64,000 nucleotides of DNA. Source: an uncultured virus (IMG/VR IMGVR_UViG_3300002158_000015) (lineage: Duplodnaviria > Heunggongvirae > Uroviricota > Caudoviricetes). Made by a program: the position numbers and the translations under genes. The notes beneath the pieces are model-generated. The model saw only the letters and a list, made by a program, of their open reading frames with translations. It searched no databases and had not been told where the DNA came from. The stretch lies in the IMG/VR virus record IMGVR_UViG_3300002158_000015. One strand, given 5' to 3'. Below, one piece after another: positions 43,918-53,876 of this stretch (the stretch's first letter is position 1; each line of letters starts with the position of its first letter).

Positions 43918-45333
43918 ATGCCATTGTCCGACCACGATAGGCGCTGGGATGCGAGCATGGCTGGAAAAACCGTCTTCGGCTTTGATCTGTCGGACGTCGA
44001 ACTGCGTCAATCTTTACGCGGGCGTTACGCACCCTATTGGCAGACTTTGGAGTATGGCCGCGCCGTCGGCTACCAAAAATATCGCTCCGGCGCGACCCAT
44101 TGGGTCGCCAAGATCAGACTGAAGGATGCAAGCTATCAACAACACCGGCTTGCCTTCACCGAAGACAATCCGGACATTGGCGACCAAGGGCTTTCGTTCG
44201 AAGCCGCTTGCGAGGCTGCCCAGGAATGGTTCGCGGCGAACCCCTTCAAACACCTGGCCACCGACGCCAGGCCAATCGGCTCCATCGACTTTCTGAAAGC
44301 CTCTCCGATCGGCGATGTCTACACAATAGGACGTGCCTTGAGCGACTACATCGAGTGGAAGCGCGTGGTTGCCGCGCGCTCGCATTTTGTCGCCCTTGTC
44401 ACCCTGATCAACCTCCACTTCGTGCCGCGGCTGTTTTCTCTTCCCGCGAAAGACATGAATTCCGAACGACTGCGGTTTTTCATCAAGGATGTTCTCGAGA
44501 CACCGCCTAAAAGGGGAAACCAGCCGCTCAAGCCACGGCGACCGATCGAGGCCATGTCGGAGGAGGAACTTAGGAAACGCAGGAAGACGACCAACACGCT
44601 GATCGGAGTGCTGCGTATGGCGCTGCTGATGGCTTGGGAAAACAGCTATATAGAATCGGATCGTCCCTGGCGTTGCATACGCCGGCTGAACAATGTCGAC
44701 CGACCGCGCATGTTGCATCTCAGCCGACCGGAATGCTTCCGGCTGCTCGAACACTGCGCGCCGGATTTGCGAACCCTGGTTCTGGGTGCGCTCTACACCG
44801 GGTGCCGCATCAAGGAATTGCTCAACATGCAGGCATCGCATTTCGGTCGCGACGGTGCAGGCGTCTATGTCACACCTGTCAAATGCTACCGCCCGCGGGT
44901 GGTGATGTTGCCCGATGAGGGGCTCGCCTTCTTCCAAAAATTAGCGGCCGGCAAGAAACCCAACGACCTGCTATTCGTGCGAAAAGACGGCAGGCAATGG
45001 TACACCAACCATCGTCCAGGCTTCAAACGCGCTGTCTTTGACGCTGAATTGCCGGAGGATTTCTGTTTCCATGGCTTGCGCCACACCTATGCTAGCCAAC
45101 TTGTCCAGGACGGCACGCCGCTGATCGTCGTTGCCGAACAGCTCGGCCACGCTAACATCGACACGGTCAGCCGTACCTATGGCCATCTTGCACCAGACAT
45201 CCGCAAAGCAGAGATCCGCGACAAATTCGCTTCGCTGGTGCAGAAATCGACGAGAGTACCCGTCTCCAAAAGTTCAAATGATGGAACAAGGAGCTCACGC
45301 TCAAGCCTTGTTGGTTTGAAGAGCAGCGCGTAA
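43918..45333 (+). CDS. Second tyrosine recombinase/integrase
   Basis: TGCRIKE, FHGLRHTYAS, LGH, TY; N-terminal arm-binding-like domain; exact start uncertain. Confidence 0.92.
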   Translation: MPLSDHDRRWDASMAGKTVFGFDLSDVELRQSLRGRYAPYWQTLEYGRAVGYQKYRSGATHWVAKIRLKDASYQQHRLAFTEDNPDIGDQGLSFEAACEAAQEWFAANPFKHLATDARPIGSIDFLKASPIGDVYTIGRALSDYIEWKRVVAARSHFVALVTLINLHFVPRLFSLPAKDMNSERLRFFIKDVLETPPKRGNQPLKPRRPIEAMSEEELRKRRKTTNTLIGVLRMALLMAWENSYIESDRPWRCIRRLNNVDRPRMLHLSRPECFRLLEHCAPDLRTLVLGALYTGCRIKELLNMQASHFGRDGAGVYVTPVKCYRPRVVMLPDEGLAFFQKLAAGKKPNDLLFVRKDGRQWYTNHRPGFKRAVFDAELPEDFCFHGLRHTYASQLVQDGTPLIVVAEQLGHANIDTVSRTYGHLAPDIRKAEIRDKFASLVQKSTRVPVSKSSNDGTRSSRSSLVGLKSSA

Positions 45334-46245
45334 CCCATTGATGTCGGCTATATCCTTCATTCGATGAACCATCCTGTGGCAATTGGCGCAAAGAACAGCG
45401 AAGTCGGCGACGGGATCTAAGGGAATGGCGTTCCCTTTCAATTGAGAGAACGGCACCAGATGATGGGCCTCGATAAAGTCCACCCCTAGCTCTCCGTAGC
45501 GTTCTGAGAAACTCATGTCGCATGCTTCACAACGACAGCCTTTGAGCTTCTTCACTCTGGCAACCAATTTTCGGTTCCGCTCAATCCTCAGATGTGTCCT
45601 TGCTCGACCATCTCCTTCGAAGAAAATTTCGAGCTCTTCCTGCCCGTTTTGTTCGTCACCAGCGCCCGCTTCAATCAAAATCCGGTAGAGGTCTAAGACT
45701 CTTACGAGATCCCTGACCAACGCAGATTCAGCAGGAATTTTGTCAGCAGGATAATAGACCGAGCAAATATTGCCGGCTTCGTAAAATGCCGTGTCATTGC
45801 TGACGCTACTGGGAGCGAGGTTGATCGCGTTTGCATCAAACGGCTGGATATTGGACCCAAGCATCGCACGGAAATTCTCGGCCCTAGCACGTAGTGCTGT
45901 CTTGGCATCAGCGCGATAGCGCTTCTTCGCCTCGGTCATAGCCTGGTTGAGGCTTAGGTAGACGCCTTTCATGTCCTCAGCGAACAGATAGACTGGATAG
46001 AAACCACGTTGCGCACTGTTAGTAACTAGGCGGTCGAAGATGGCAGCCCAAGGCCCTCGCGCCCAGGCTCCCTGTCCCGCACTGCCCTTGATCAAGAGCA
46101 ACAAATCCTCGCCTGGCAATGCAGCACGAATTGATTTTGGCAATTCAACGCGAATTTTTTGCGCGAGGGCATGGCCCTCAAATGTCTCGTTCTTCGCCAA
46201 CGCGTATCCGTTAAGGACATCGAGTAAGTGTCCGCCTATAGGCAT
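45301..46245 (-). CDS. McrB-N-like (DUF3578) domain fused to HNH nuclease; putative type IV restriction enzyme
   Basis: KGSAGQGAWARGPW...GFYPVYLF..DMKGVYLSLNQ; ERN, CEAC, EAHH, LCANCHRMVH. Confidence 0.85.
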   Translation of the reverse strand: MPIGGHLLDVLNGYALAKNETFEGHALAQKIRVELPKSIRAALPGEDLLLLIKGSAGQGAWARGPWAAIFDRLVTNSAQRGFYPVYLFAEDMKGVYLSLNQAMTEAKKRYRADAKTALRARAENFRAMLGSNIQPFDANAINLAPSSVSNDTAFYEAGNICSVYYPADKIPAESALVRDLVRVLDLYRILIEAGAGDEQNGQEELEIFFEGDGRARTHLRIERNRKLVARVKKLKGCRCEACDMSFSERYGELGVDFIEAHHLVPFSQLKGNAIPLDPVADFAVLCANCHRMVHRMKDIADINGLRAALQTNKA

Positions 46246-46364
46246 CGTTCCCCCCTACAAATCGACACTCATCGCTGGCAGGTAAACTGTGTGAAATCAA
46301 CATAATGTTGGAGTTTGGATCTCTCCATCGTTGGTAACTCGACCACGCGACACAGTGTCCTGCG

Positions 46365-47171
46365 CTATCTCGAGATAATCAGCTCCCGTGCCCGTTTGGT
46401 GCGTCGGCCACCGCCGACCGAATAGGCGAGTTCCACCCCTTCAAAAGCAAAGCCAGCGAAGGCAGTGCGGATCTCGGACACGTCGTTGATGGAGAGCAGG
46501 AAGCGACCTTTCAGGCGCGCCAGCCGCTCAGCCATCAACCCAAATTGCTCACGGTCGAACAGATCGCGGCCGTAGTCGCCTTCTGAGCCGAAATAGGGTG
46601 GATCAAGGTAAAACAGCGTCTCCGCTCGGTCGTAACGCTCGATGAATTCCAGCCAATCCAAGCATTCGATGACCACGCCGGCGAGGCGCTCATGCACGTC
46701 GGCCAGAAGCGGCTCCAGACGCGACAGGTTGAAGGCACCTCCCGAACCCGGATCGACACCAAAATTTCGGCCGGAAACCTTGCCGCCAAAGGCGATCCGC
46801 TGAAGGTAGAGAAAACGGCCGGCCCGCTCTAGATCGGTCAGCGTCGCCGGATCGGACACCTTCAGCCGCTCGAATTCCTTGCGGCCGGTGATCTGGAAGC
46901 GGAGCGTGTCCAAGAACTGCGGATAGTGCCGCTGCAGGATGCGGAACAGGTTCGCCACCTCGCCGCTGCGGTCGTTGATCACCTCGGACCGTGGCCGGTG
47001 GCGTCGACGAAAGAAGACGCCACCCATGCCGACAAAAACCTCGGCATAGGTACGATGTGGAATAGCGGCAATCCGTGCAGCGATGTGTGCCGCAAGGCGG
47101 CGCTTGCCGCCGATATAGGGCGCCGGCGGCTGCACCGTTTCGACCGCCATAAACTCATCTTCAAGGCTCAT
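46365..47171 (-). CDS. DNA adenine methyltransferase (Dam/D12 class)
   Basis: YIGGK, EVFVGMG, INDR, YLDPPY motifs. Confidence 0.93.
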   Translation of the reverse strand: MSLEDEFMAVETVQPPAPYIGGKRRLAAHIAARIAAIPHRTYAEVFVGMGGVFFRRRHRPRSEVINDRSGEVANLFRILQRHYPQFLDTLRFQITGRKEFERLKVSDPATLTDLERAGRFLYLQRIAFGGKVSGRNFGVDPGSGGAFNLSRLEPLLADVHERLAGVVIECLDWLEFIERYDRAETLFYLDPPYFGSEGDYGRDLFDREQFGLMAERLARLKGRFLLSINDVSEIRTAFAGFAFEGVELAYSVGGGRRTKRARELIISR

Positions 47172-47314
47172 TTCAGTGCTTTCGAGAATCGGCCACTCTT
47201 GTCCTGCCCGGCCGGGCAGCGGGTGTGGCGGTTATCTCGGATCATCGTCAGGCGGGACTGGTTTGGCGATCGGCCCGCTGCCAGCGCCTCGGCGCTGGCC
47301 ACCCGTTCATTCGG

Positions 47315-48052
47315 TCATGTCTGCGGCACCCTCGGCAGGATGTAGTGGATAGCGACGCGCACGGCGCCGCCGGTGAAATTGCCGCCATTGGCCGAAAGCC
47401 GGACCGGCGTGTCGGCATAAAACGCGGTCGGGCCGATGACACCGGCATTGTTCGAACCGGCGGCGATGCCCAGCGAGCCGCCGAATTTCGAACGCTCGCC
47501 GGCCAGCCCGCAATCGTAGGAGGCCGCACCGGTGATGGCGGTGACGGTGCGGGTCGAGACGCAAAAGACGATGGCGCGGTTCGGGATCGAAATCGCGGTG
47601 TCAGCAAAGGCCCCGGCCAGCCCCGAGACCAACGTCTCGGCGACCGCCAGTACGTTGCGGGCGCCATTCGGGCTTTCCGAGACGATGGTGGTGCCGACCG
47701 CCGCCGTTTCGCGCCAGGCGGTGCCGGAATGGACCAGCAGCAGCCCCTCGTCGGCGACGAAGCAGAGCCAGCCCTGGCGGGGAACGATCTTGGTCCAAGC
47801 GCCATCGGCGAAGAGCGCGATGTTGAGATCCCAGCCCAGCCATGCGCCGGAAGCGCTGGCGGCCGGAATGTAGCGGTCGCCTTCGGCGGGTGCCGCCGGC
47901 GGCACGGCGAGATCGCGGTCGAGCACGGCAAGCTGCACCAAAGCGTCCAGCCGGTGCAGCGCCTCGTTGACCGGGATATGTTTCTGCGCCTGGTCGGGCG
48001 CGATGGTCTGCAGCTTCAGTTTGAGCGTCTCGGGCATCGGTGCCTCCGTCAA
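47315..48052 (-). CDS. DUF2793 tail-associated protein
   Basis: QAQKHIPVNEAL..LDALVQL...PAEGDRY motif. Confidence 0.88.
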   Translation of the reverse strand: MTEAPMPETLKLKLQTIAPDQAQKHIPVNEALHRLDALVQLAVLDRDLAVPPAAPAEGDRYIPAASASGAWLGWDLNIALFADGAWTKIVPRQGWLCFVADEGLLLVHSGTAWRETAAVGTTIVSESPNGARNVLAVAETLVSGLAGAFADTAISIPNRAIVFCVSTRTVTAITGAASYDCGLAGERSKFGGSLGIAAGSNNAGVIGPTAFYADTPVRLSANGGNFTGGAVRVAIHYILPRVPQT

Positions 48053-51000
48053 ATGGTGACCAGGGTTTCAAGGAAGATGCCCGGCCCGTAGCTGGTGCTG
48101 CGCTGCGCGACGCGGGCATGGAAGGCGGTGCGCTGCGCGCCGAAATCGGCAACCTGAGAAGCGGCCGTGTAGGTCTGCTCGGGCACGGTGGTCTCGAAGG
48201 TACGCAGAACCGTGCCGCCGGCACCGTCCAGGATCTCCAGTCGGTAGGCCTCACGTTCCTCGCCGAGCGGCACCTCGTCCCAGCTGTCGCCACCGATGCG
48301 GCTGCGCCTGATCCAGCTGAGCCGCCAATCGCCGGTCTCGCTACGGCGGCCGATCAGCCGCGCCGGGGAAAGCGGTCGCCGCCCGCGCCCGCGCAGCGTC
48401 ATCGTGAAAGACGACACGCCGGGATCGGCGACGCCACGCTCGGCCGAGCCGGCGCGCCAATTGAGCGGCAGGCCGAGCAGCGAGGCCGGCAAGGTCGCCT
48501 GGGCGACGCTCGGATCGAGCATCAGGCAGCGCGCGCCTGCGGCCACCGGCGCGCGCATCGCGTGCTCCGAGCCGCGCTGGCCGCGCAGGAGACCGGCAAG
48601 CCGGAACGTGCGCGCGCCGGTCGACGTGACATTGGCGAATTGCAGCACCTCCCATTCGCCATCGGCATTCTCGACCAGCATGGCGTTGGCGCCATTGAGC
48701 ACGGCAAGCTCCGGCACCGATGCCAGCGTGCCACGCAGCAACTCGACGTCGAGCCGGTTGACCCGGTCCCAGCGGCCCACCGGCCCGCTATGGAGCGGCG
48801 AAGCGGTGCGGCCGATCGCGCCCGGCACCGGCAGCAGCGTGTCGAGTTCGAAACCCGCATCGGAGGGCGAACGCCACAAGGCGATGCCGCTGCGGAACGG
48901 CGACATAACGCCGGCGACGTAAGGCGCGTGCGCAATATCACCGTCGCGCAGCAGCGGCGCGTCGGCGACAATCACCTGCGCCGGCACGATCGGCTGCCGT
49001 GGCGGCTGCTGGCCGCCGGTCGGGTCGGTGCCGAAACTGCCGCCGGCGAGCGGATCGACCTCAAAGGCCTCGATGCGGCGCGCCTCGCCAATCGCCGCGC
49101 GCTCGATGCGCACCGCCTGCCCGGCCGGCTGGAAGGCGACGACGTCGCCCGGCTCCAGCGCCAGCCGCGATGGTGCCAGCGCAAAGGCATAACGTTCGCG
49201 GCCGACCCAGGCGGCATTGAGCTCCAACTCCGCGATCTCGCGGGCACGGGTCTCGCCCATCACCACGGGCGGCGAGAAATCGACGACGCGACGCGACGAG
49301 CCGGCCGAGCGCCGCGCCTCGGCGGCGCCGGCCTGGTCGTCGCGCGACTGGTCGCCATAACGCAGCTTGACCGCGTCCGGCAGGTCGGTCTCCTGCGCCC
49401 GCGTCCGGCGAAAACGCGCCGGCGCATCGCTCGCCACCACCAGTTCGTCGGCCGTGATGGTGGCGACAGGTGCGCGGCCATGGCGGGCGAGGAACTTGAC
49501 GATGCCGCCGCTTTCGACCGCGTCGAACTGGTAGGCAGGCCGCAACGCATCGAGCAAAGCGCGCGCCGAGGTCAGGTTGCCGACCGTCACGCCGTCGACG
49601 ACGCCCGGGATGGGTTCGATGGCATAGTGGCTGAAACCGGCATCGTTGAGGATGGCGCGAATGGTTTCGGCCGCCGGCGCCGTGCCCAGTCGGCCGGACA
49701 GCCAGTGTCCGGTCTGCCAGTTGCGCCAATCGCCCCACAGGCCCGAACTCACCGGGAAGGACGGCCAGGGTCGCGTGTCCCAGCACCAGATGTTGGAATG
49801 ACCAAGATCGACCATGCGGCCGCCATAGGCCGGCGAGACCGGATTGTTGGCGGCCAGCGCATAGTGACCGATCATCGCCTCCAGCCAGCTGCGTTGCATC
49901 TGGTCGTCGCGGGCACGGCTGGAAAACCACGGAAAGCCGCCCTCCGAGGAGCGGCGATCAGGGAAAAGGTTCGGCTGGTTGGAGCCCTTGTCGACGGCCG
50001 GGCAGCCCAATTCGGTGAAACGCAACAGCTTCGAACGCGGCACCCAGCTGGTCGAGCCGCCGCTCCGAACCCCGCCCGGCCGGTTGTGATGGGCATTCCG
50101 CCACCAGCCCAGAATGTCCTTGTTGCGGAAAACGAAGGGCTCGCCATGGGCGCCGTCGGTGATCGGCGTGCGTGCCTGCGCGTTACGCGCGGCCTCCGAG
50201 GCGTAGAACCAGTCGAAATATTCGCCGCCGGCGACGTTGCCGCGAAGATAGGCCTGGTCATAGATGGTCGACGGTCCGGCCGGGTCGAAATCCAGATGCG
50301 CCGAGCCGTCGCGCCAGTCCGACAGCGGCAGGTAATTGTCGATGCCGATAAAGTCGATATTGGCATCGGCCCAGAGCGGATCGAGGTTGAAGAAGACGTC
50401 GCCCGAACCGTCGCCCGGCCGGTGGCTGTGATATTCCGACCAGTCGGCGGCGTAGCCGAGCTTCACGCCAGCGCCCAGCATGACGCGCGCCTCGGCCGCC
50501 AGCGCCTTCAGCGCGTCGACGAACGGATAGGTCGAGCCGGACGAGCGCACCTGCGATAGCCCGACCAGCTCCGAGCCGATCAGGAAGGACTCCACACCGC
50601 CGGCCAGCGCCGCCAGCCTGGCATTGTGCAGGATAAAGCGGCGGAAGCTCCACTCGGCCGGGCCGGAATAGGTGACGGTGGTGCCGGAGCCGCCGAAATG
50701 CACGGCGCGCGCCGTGCCGACGAAGGAAGCGACCTGATCGGCGGCCGCGGTCGTCTTGTCGGGTGAACCGGCGAAACCCGGCGCCGGCGAGCAAGACATG
50801 CGGCCGCGCCACGGATAGGCCGGCTGGCCGGGAGACGACGCCCCCGCCGAATAGGGGTTGGGCAAGGCATTACCGTGCGGCACATCCATCATGATGAAGG
50901 GCAGCAGGCAGACATCGAGCCCCCTCGCCTTCAGCGCCTGGATGCAGCGGATGACCGAGGCGTCGTCCGGCGTGCCGCCATAGGCTGGCGCGCCCTCGAT

Positions 51001-51936
51001 GGTGGAGACCAAGGTCGCGGTCTGCCTGGTCAGGCCGGCGACACGCCACGTCACCGGCTCGGTGGTCTTGACCGCCTCGATGCGCGGCTCGACGCGACAG
51101 GCGCCGCAGCGCAGATCGGTGCCGAACCAGGACACGACCAGCATCACGCTCTTCAGCGCCGGGCACAACATTTGCAGCCGGTCGATCGAGGCGGCGATAT
51201 CGGTCGCGGCCAGAAGCGTGTGGCGGTTCTGGCTCTCGCCGTCCTTGACCCAGACATGGCGCGTGTCCAGCCCATGTTCGTTGCCGGGGATCAGCGCCAC
51301 GGCCTCCACCTGTGTTTCCAGCGCGCCGACAAGGCGAAACACTTCTGCGTTGATCTGCGGGATGCGGTTGCCATAGGCGGTCAGGTCGAGCCGTTCGAAG
51401 ACGATGTAGCAAAGCCCGCGATAGGCCGGCGCCGCACCCTCCTTGACCTCGATCAGCGGATCGGCGAGCTGGCTTTCCGAACCCGGATGGAAACGGAATT
51501 CGACCTCGTCCTGGTCGATCTCCTTGCCGTCCGCCCAGATGCGGCCGATGCCGGCGACCGGCCCCTCGCACAGGCCGACCGCGAAATTGGCGTGGTAGAC
51601 GTAGGTCGTGGTCTCGACCTTCGGCCCGCCGAAACCCTTGCCGCCGGATTTCTCCTTGCGGATCTCCTCCTCGAACCGCGTCGCCCAGAACAAATGGCCG
51701 GCGGTGCGGGCGCGGCCGTAAAGCCGGTTGATCGGGCTGCCTTCGGTCGAGGTCTGCACGTCGGAGCTGGTGAGACGCGGGCCTTCGCGTTTCTGCGTCG
51801 GTGTCAGCGCCGAGACCAGAGCCTGGTCGGCCATCGAGCCGATCAGCGCGCCGATGGCGCGGCCGGCGATCAGTCCGATCGGTCCGAAGGCCGCCCCTAG
51901 CGACGCACCGGCAAGGCCGAGCAGGATGGTTGCCAT
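48049..51936 (-). CDS. GTA-type central tail/baseplate protein (TIM-barrel host-specificity protein)
   Basis: Start MATILLG at 51936; YAADWSEY, LDPLWAD.NIDFIGIDNY.PLSDWRDG, GHWLSGR motifs. Confidence 0.92.
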   Translation of the reverse strand: MATILLGLAGASLGAAFGPIGLIAGRAIGALIGSMADQALVSALTPTQKREGPRLTSSDVQTSTEGSPINRLYGRARTAGHLFWATRFEEEIRKEKSGGKGFGGPKVETTTYVYHANFAVGLCEGPVAGIGRIWADGKEIDQDEVEFRFHPGSESQLADPLIEVKEGAAPAYRGLCYIVFERLDLTAYGNRIPQINAEVFRLVGALETQVEAVALIPGNEHGLDTRHVWVKDGESQNRHTLLAATDIAASIDRLQMLCPALKSVMLVVSWFGTDLRCGACRVEPRIEAVKTTEPVTWRVAGLTRQTATLVSTIEGAPAYGGTPDDASVIRCIQALKARGLDVCLLPFIMMDVPHGNALPNPYSAGASSPGQPAYPWRGRMSCSPAPGFAGSPDKTTAAADQVASFVGTARAVHFGGSGTTVTYSGPAEWSFRRFILHNARLAALAGGVESFLIGSELVGLSQVRSSGSTYPFVDALKALAAEARVMLGAGVKLGYAADWSEYHSHRPGDGSGDVFFNLDPLWADANIDFIGIDNYLPLSDWRDGSAHLDFDPAGPSTIYDQAYLRGNVAGGEYFDWFYASEAARNAQARTPITDGAHGEPFVFRNKDILGWWRNAHHNRPGGVRSGGSTSWVPRSKLLRFTELGCPAVDKGSNQPNLFPDRRSSEGGFPWFSSRARDDQMQRSWLEAMIGHYALAANNPVSPAYGGRMVDLGHSNIWCWDTRPWPSFPVSSGLWGDWRNWQTGHWLSGRLGTAPAAETIRAILNDAGFSHYAIEPIPGVVDGVTVGNLTSARALLDALRPAYQFDAVESGGIVKFLARHGRAPVATITADELVVASDAPARFRRTRAQETDLPDAVKLRYGDQSRDDQAGAAEARRSAGSSRRVVDFSPPVVMGETRAREIAELELNAAWVGRERYAFALAPSRLALEPGDVVAFQPAGQAVRIERAAIGEARRIEAFEVDPLAGGSFGTDPTGGQQPPRQPIVPAQVIVADAPLLRDGDIAHAPYVAGVMSPFRSGIALWRSPSDAGFELDTLLPVPGAIGRTASPLHSGPVGRWDRVNRLDVELLRGTLASVPELAVLNGANAMLVENADGEWEVLQFANVTSTGARTFRLAGLLRGQRGSEHAMRAPVAAGARCLMLDPSVAQATLPASLLGLPLNWRAGSAERGVADPGVSSFTMTLRGRGRRPLSPARLIGRRSETGDWRLSWIRRSRIGGDSWDEVPLGEEREAYRLEILDGAGGTVLRTFETTVPEQTYTAASQVADFGAQRTAFHARVAQRSTSYGPGIFLETLVTI

Positions 51937-52391
51937 CACGCCCTCCCCGGCAGGCAAAAGACACCGGCGATGCGGGCGCGCCATTGCGGCGCCAGCCAGC
52001 CCTCGGCGACGACGCCGGCCGACTGGTAGGCATGCAGGAGCCGTTCCGGCTCGACCAGGAAACCGCAATGCTTGGCCGGCAGCGAAGGCCGCCAGCGAAA
52101 GACCAAGACGTCGCCAGGCCGCATCGCCGCGACCGGCACGGCGGTGAAGTGGCGATGCGCGGCATCGAGCAAGGTTTCCTCGCCGGTCGTCTCCGCCCAG
52201 TCGCCGCTATAGGCCGGCAGCGGTTCGGGGTCCTCGCCATGGAAGGCGCGCCAGACGCCGCGCACCAGGCCGATGCAATCGGCGCCGATACCCTTCAGCG
52301 ACGCCTGGTGGCGATAGGGCGTGCCGATCCAGCCGCGTGCCTCGGCAACGATTGCCGCGCGGAAAACCTCATCGGAAGAAGGACGAACCAT
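51936..52391 (-). CDS. NlpC/P60 phage cell-wall peptidase
   Basis: WIGTPYRHQ...GADCIGLVRGVW, KHCG, HAY. Confidence 0.92.
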   Translation of the reverse strand: MVRPSSDEVFRAAIVAEARGWIGTPYRHQASLKGIGADCIGLVRGVWRAFHGEDPEPLPAYSGDWAETTGEETLLDAAHRHFTAVPVAAMRPGDVLVFRWRPSLPAKHCGFLVEPERLLHAYQSAGVVAEGWLAPQWRARIAGVFCLPGRA

Positions 52392-53247
52392 CGTTCACCT
52401 CCGATTTCTTGGCGATGCCGAGCGCGAAATCATTGCCCGGAATGTGCGGGAAGCCCCGGAAATTGGCGCCGTTGCCGAAACGCGAACGGCACATATCGAA
52501 GGTGCGGGCGCAGCCGGCGGTGACAACGAAGGCATCGCCGGCAACGACCGGCCGGGCGGCACGACGCCACAGAACGAGCCTGTCGCCCGCATGGCCGCGC
52601 AGTTCGACGCGGGCGCCCTTGTTGGCGCCGGCGGTCCAGGCAAGCACGCCATGGGTGAACAGGTCGCTGGCGAAACCGGCGAGACCGGAGACCACAAGCA
52701 GCCGGTCGTCGCTCGCGCCGAGCACGGTGCCGGCGCCGCGACGGGCCGGATTGGTCAGGTCGACGCCGCAGCGGGCGTCGCCTAGCACCGCGTCGCACTG
52801 GCGCTGGTAGGTGCTGCCCTCGTCCTGGTTGAGGCGATGGACGAGGCCGCGGATCTCGGCCTCGTAGGCAAGGTCGCCACGCGTCACTTCGCCGAGCGAG
52901 CCCGCCCGCTCGAGCAAGCGGTTATCGACCTGCGTCCAGTCGACGATCCAGACCTCGACATCGGCGTCGTCCCAGAGACCGAGCGCGATGTCGGCATCGG
53001 CGATGGCATCGGCCGAGACCGCGCCGGAAACCTCGTCGGTATCGACGGCAAGGCCGAGCGAGCTTTCGGTCTCGGCGGCGGTGAAACCGGTTTCGGCCTG
53101 ATAGGTGACACCGCCGAAGACAAGGTCGCGGTCATGGTCGGTGAAGCCCAGCACCAGCCCGTCGCGACGCTGGAAACGCCAGCAATGGCAAAGCGTGGTG
53201 ACGCCGGACGCGACAAGCGCGGCGAGGCCTGCCGGCAGCGCCATCAT
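52369..53247 (-). CDS. DUF2163 baseplate hub protein (GTA-type)
   Basis: RRDG.VLGFTDHDRDL, C.A.LGD.RC, C..RF.N..NFRGFPHIPG. Confidence 0.92.
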   Translation of the reverse strand: MMALPAGLAALVASGVTTLCHCWRFQRRDGLVLGFTDHDRDLVFGGVTYQAETGFTAAETESSLGLAVDTDEVSGAVSADAIADADIALGLWDDADVEVWIVDWTQVDNRLLERAGSLGEVTRGDLAYEAEIRGLVHRLNQDEGSTYQRQCDAVLGDARCGVDLTNPARRGAGTVLGASDDRLLVVSGLAGFASDLFTHGVLAWTAGANKGARVELRGHAGDRLVLWRRAARPVVAGDAFVVTAGCARTFDMCRSRFGNGANFRGFPHIPGNDFALGIAKKSEVNDGSSFFR

Positions 53248-53876
53248 GGCCGGATCTCCTTCAGGAGAATGGACGGAATGTCGCCGAGCGTCGCCGTGCG
53301 ATGGCTTATCTGGTCGAGGCGGCAGTCGAAGCGCACCGGCACGTGGAATTCGCCGCCCCAGCTGAGCGCGGCACCGGCGGCCGGGGCAACGGCGAAGGTG
53401 ACGATGCCGGTCGCGGCATCGAGCGTCCAACCGGTGGCCGCCGCACCGCCAATGCCGATCTGCACCGTGCCAGCCACCGGCTTGCCGATCGGCCGGAAGA
53501 ATTCGTGCGGACCCCGCGCATAACGTTTGACCAGCTGGAAGGTCCTGCGCACGCCGTCGCCGGTGCCGAGATCCTGGTCGGTTCGGCTCACCGGCTGGTG
53601 CGGCCCGCGCGAACGGTAGTCGGACCAGTCCTTCAGCCGAAAGCCCTTCAGCCGGCCCATGGCGACGTAATAGAGCTCCAGCACCTGGTAGAGCTCATCC
53701 GGCGTGCGCACGCCGTAGCGGGCATCGTAGAAACGCAAGGGCTGCGCGATGCGGGTGTTGCGCTCCTCATGGCCGGAAGATTTTTCGATGATTTCGGCCG
53801 GCCAGTCCGGCCCGCCGGCGGAACCCGACGAGACATGGACCGGGAAGAGCTGCTCCTCGAGGAACGGGATCGCCAT
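53244..53876 (-). CDS. DUF2460 distal tail protein (GTA-type)
   Basis: SGHEERN, GFRLKDWSDY, GDG...FQL.K.Y, FHVPVRFD. Confidence 0.92.
   Translation of the reverse strand: MAIPFLEEQLFPVHVSSGSAGGPDWPAEIIEKSSGHEERNTRIAQPLRFYDARYGVRTPDELYQVLELYYVAMGRLKGFRLKDWSDYRSRGPHQPVSRTDQDLGTGDGVRRTFQLVKRYARGPHEFFRPIGKPVAGTVQIGIGGAAATGWTLDAATGIVTFAVAPAAGAALSWGGEFHVPVRFDCRLDQISHRTATLGDIPSILLKEIRP

Noticed and set aside
48040..51900. Long plus-strand ORFs (839 aa, 341 aa) opposite the tail gene
   Set aside because: Antisense shadows in very GC-rich DNA with no recognisable motifs
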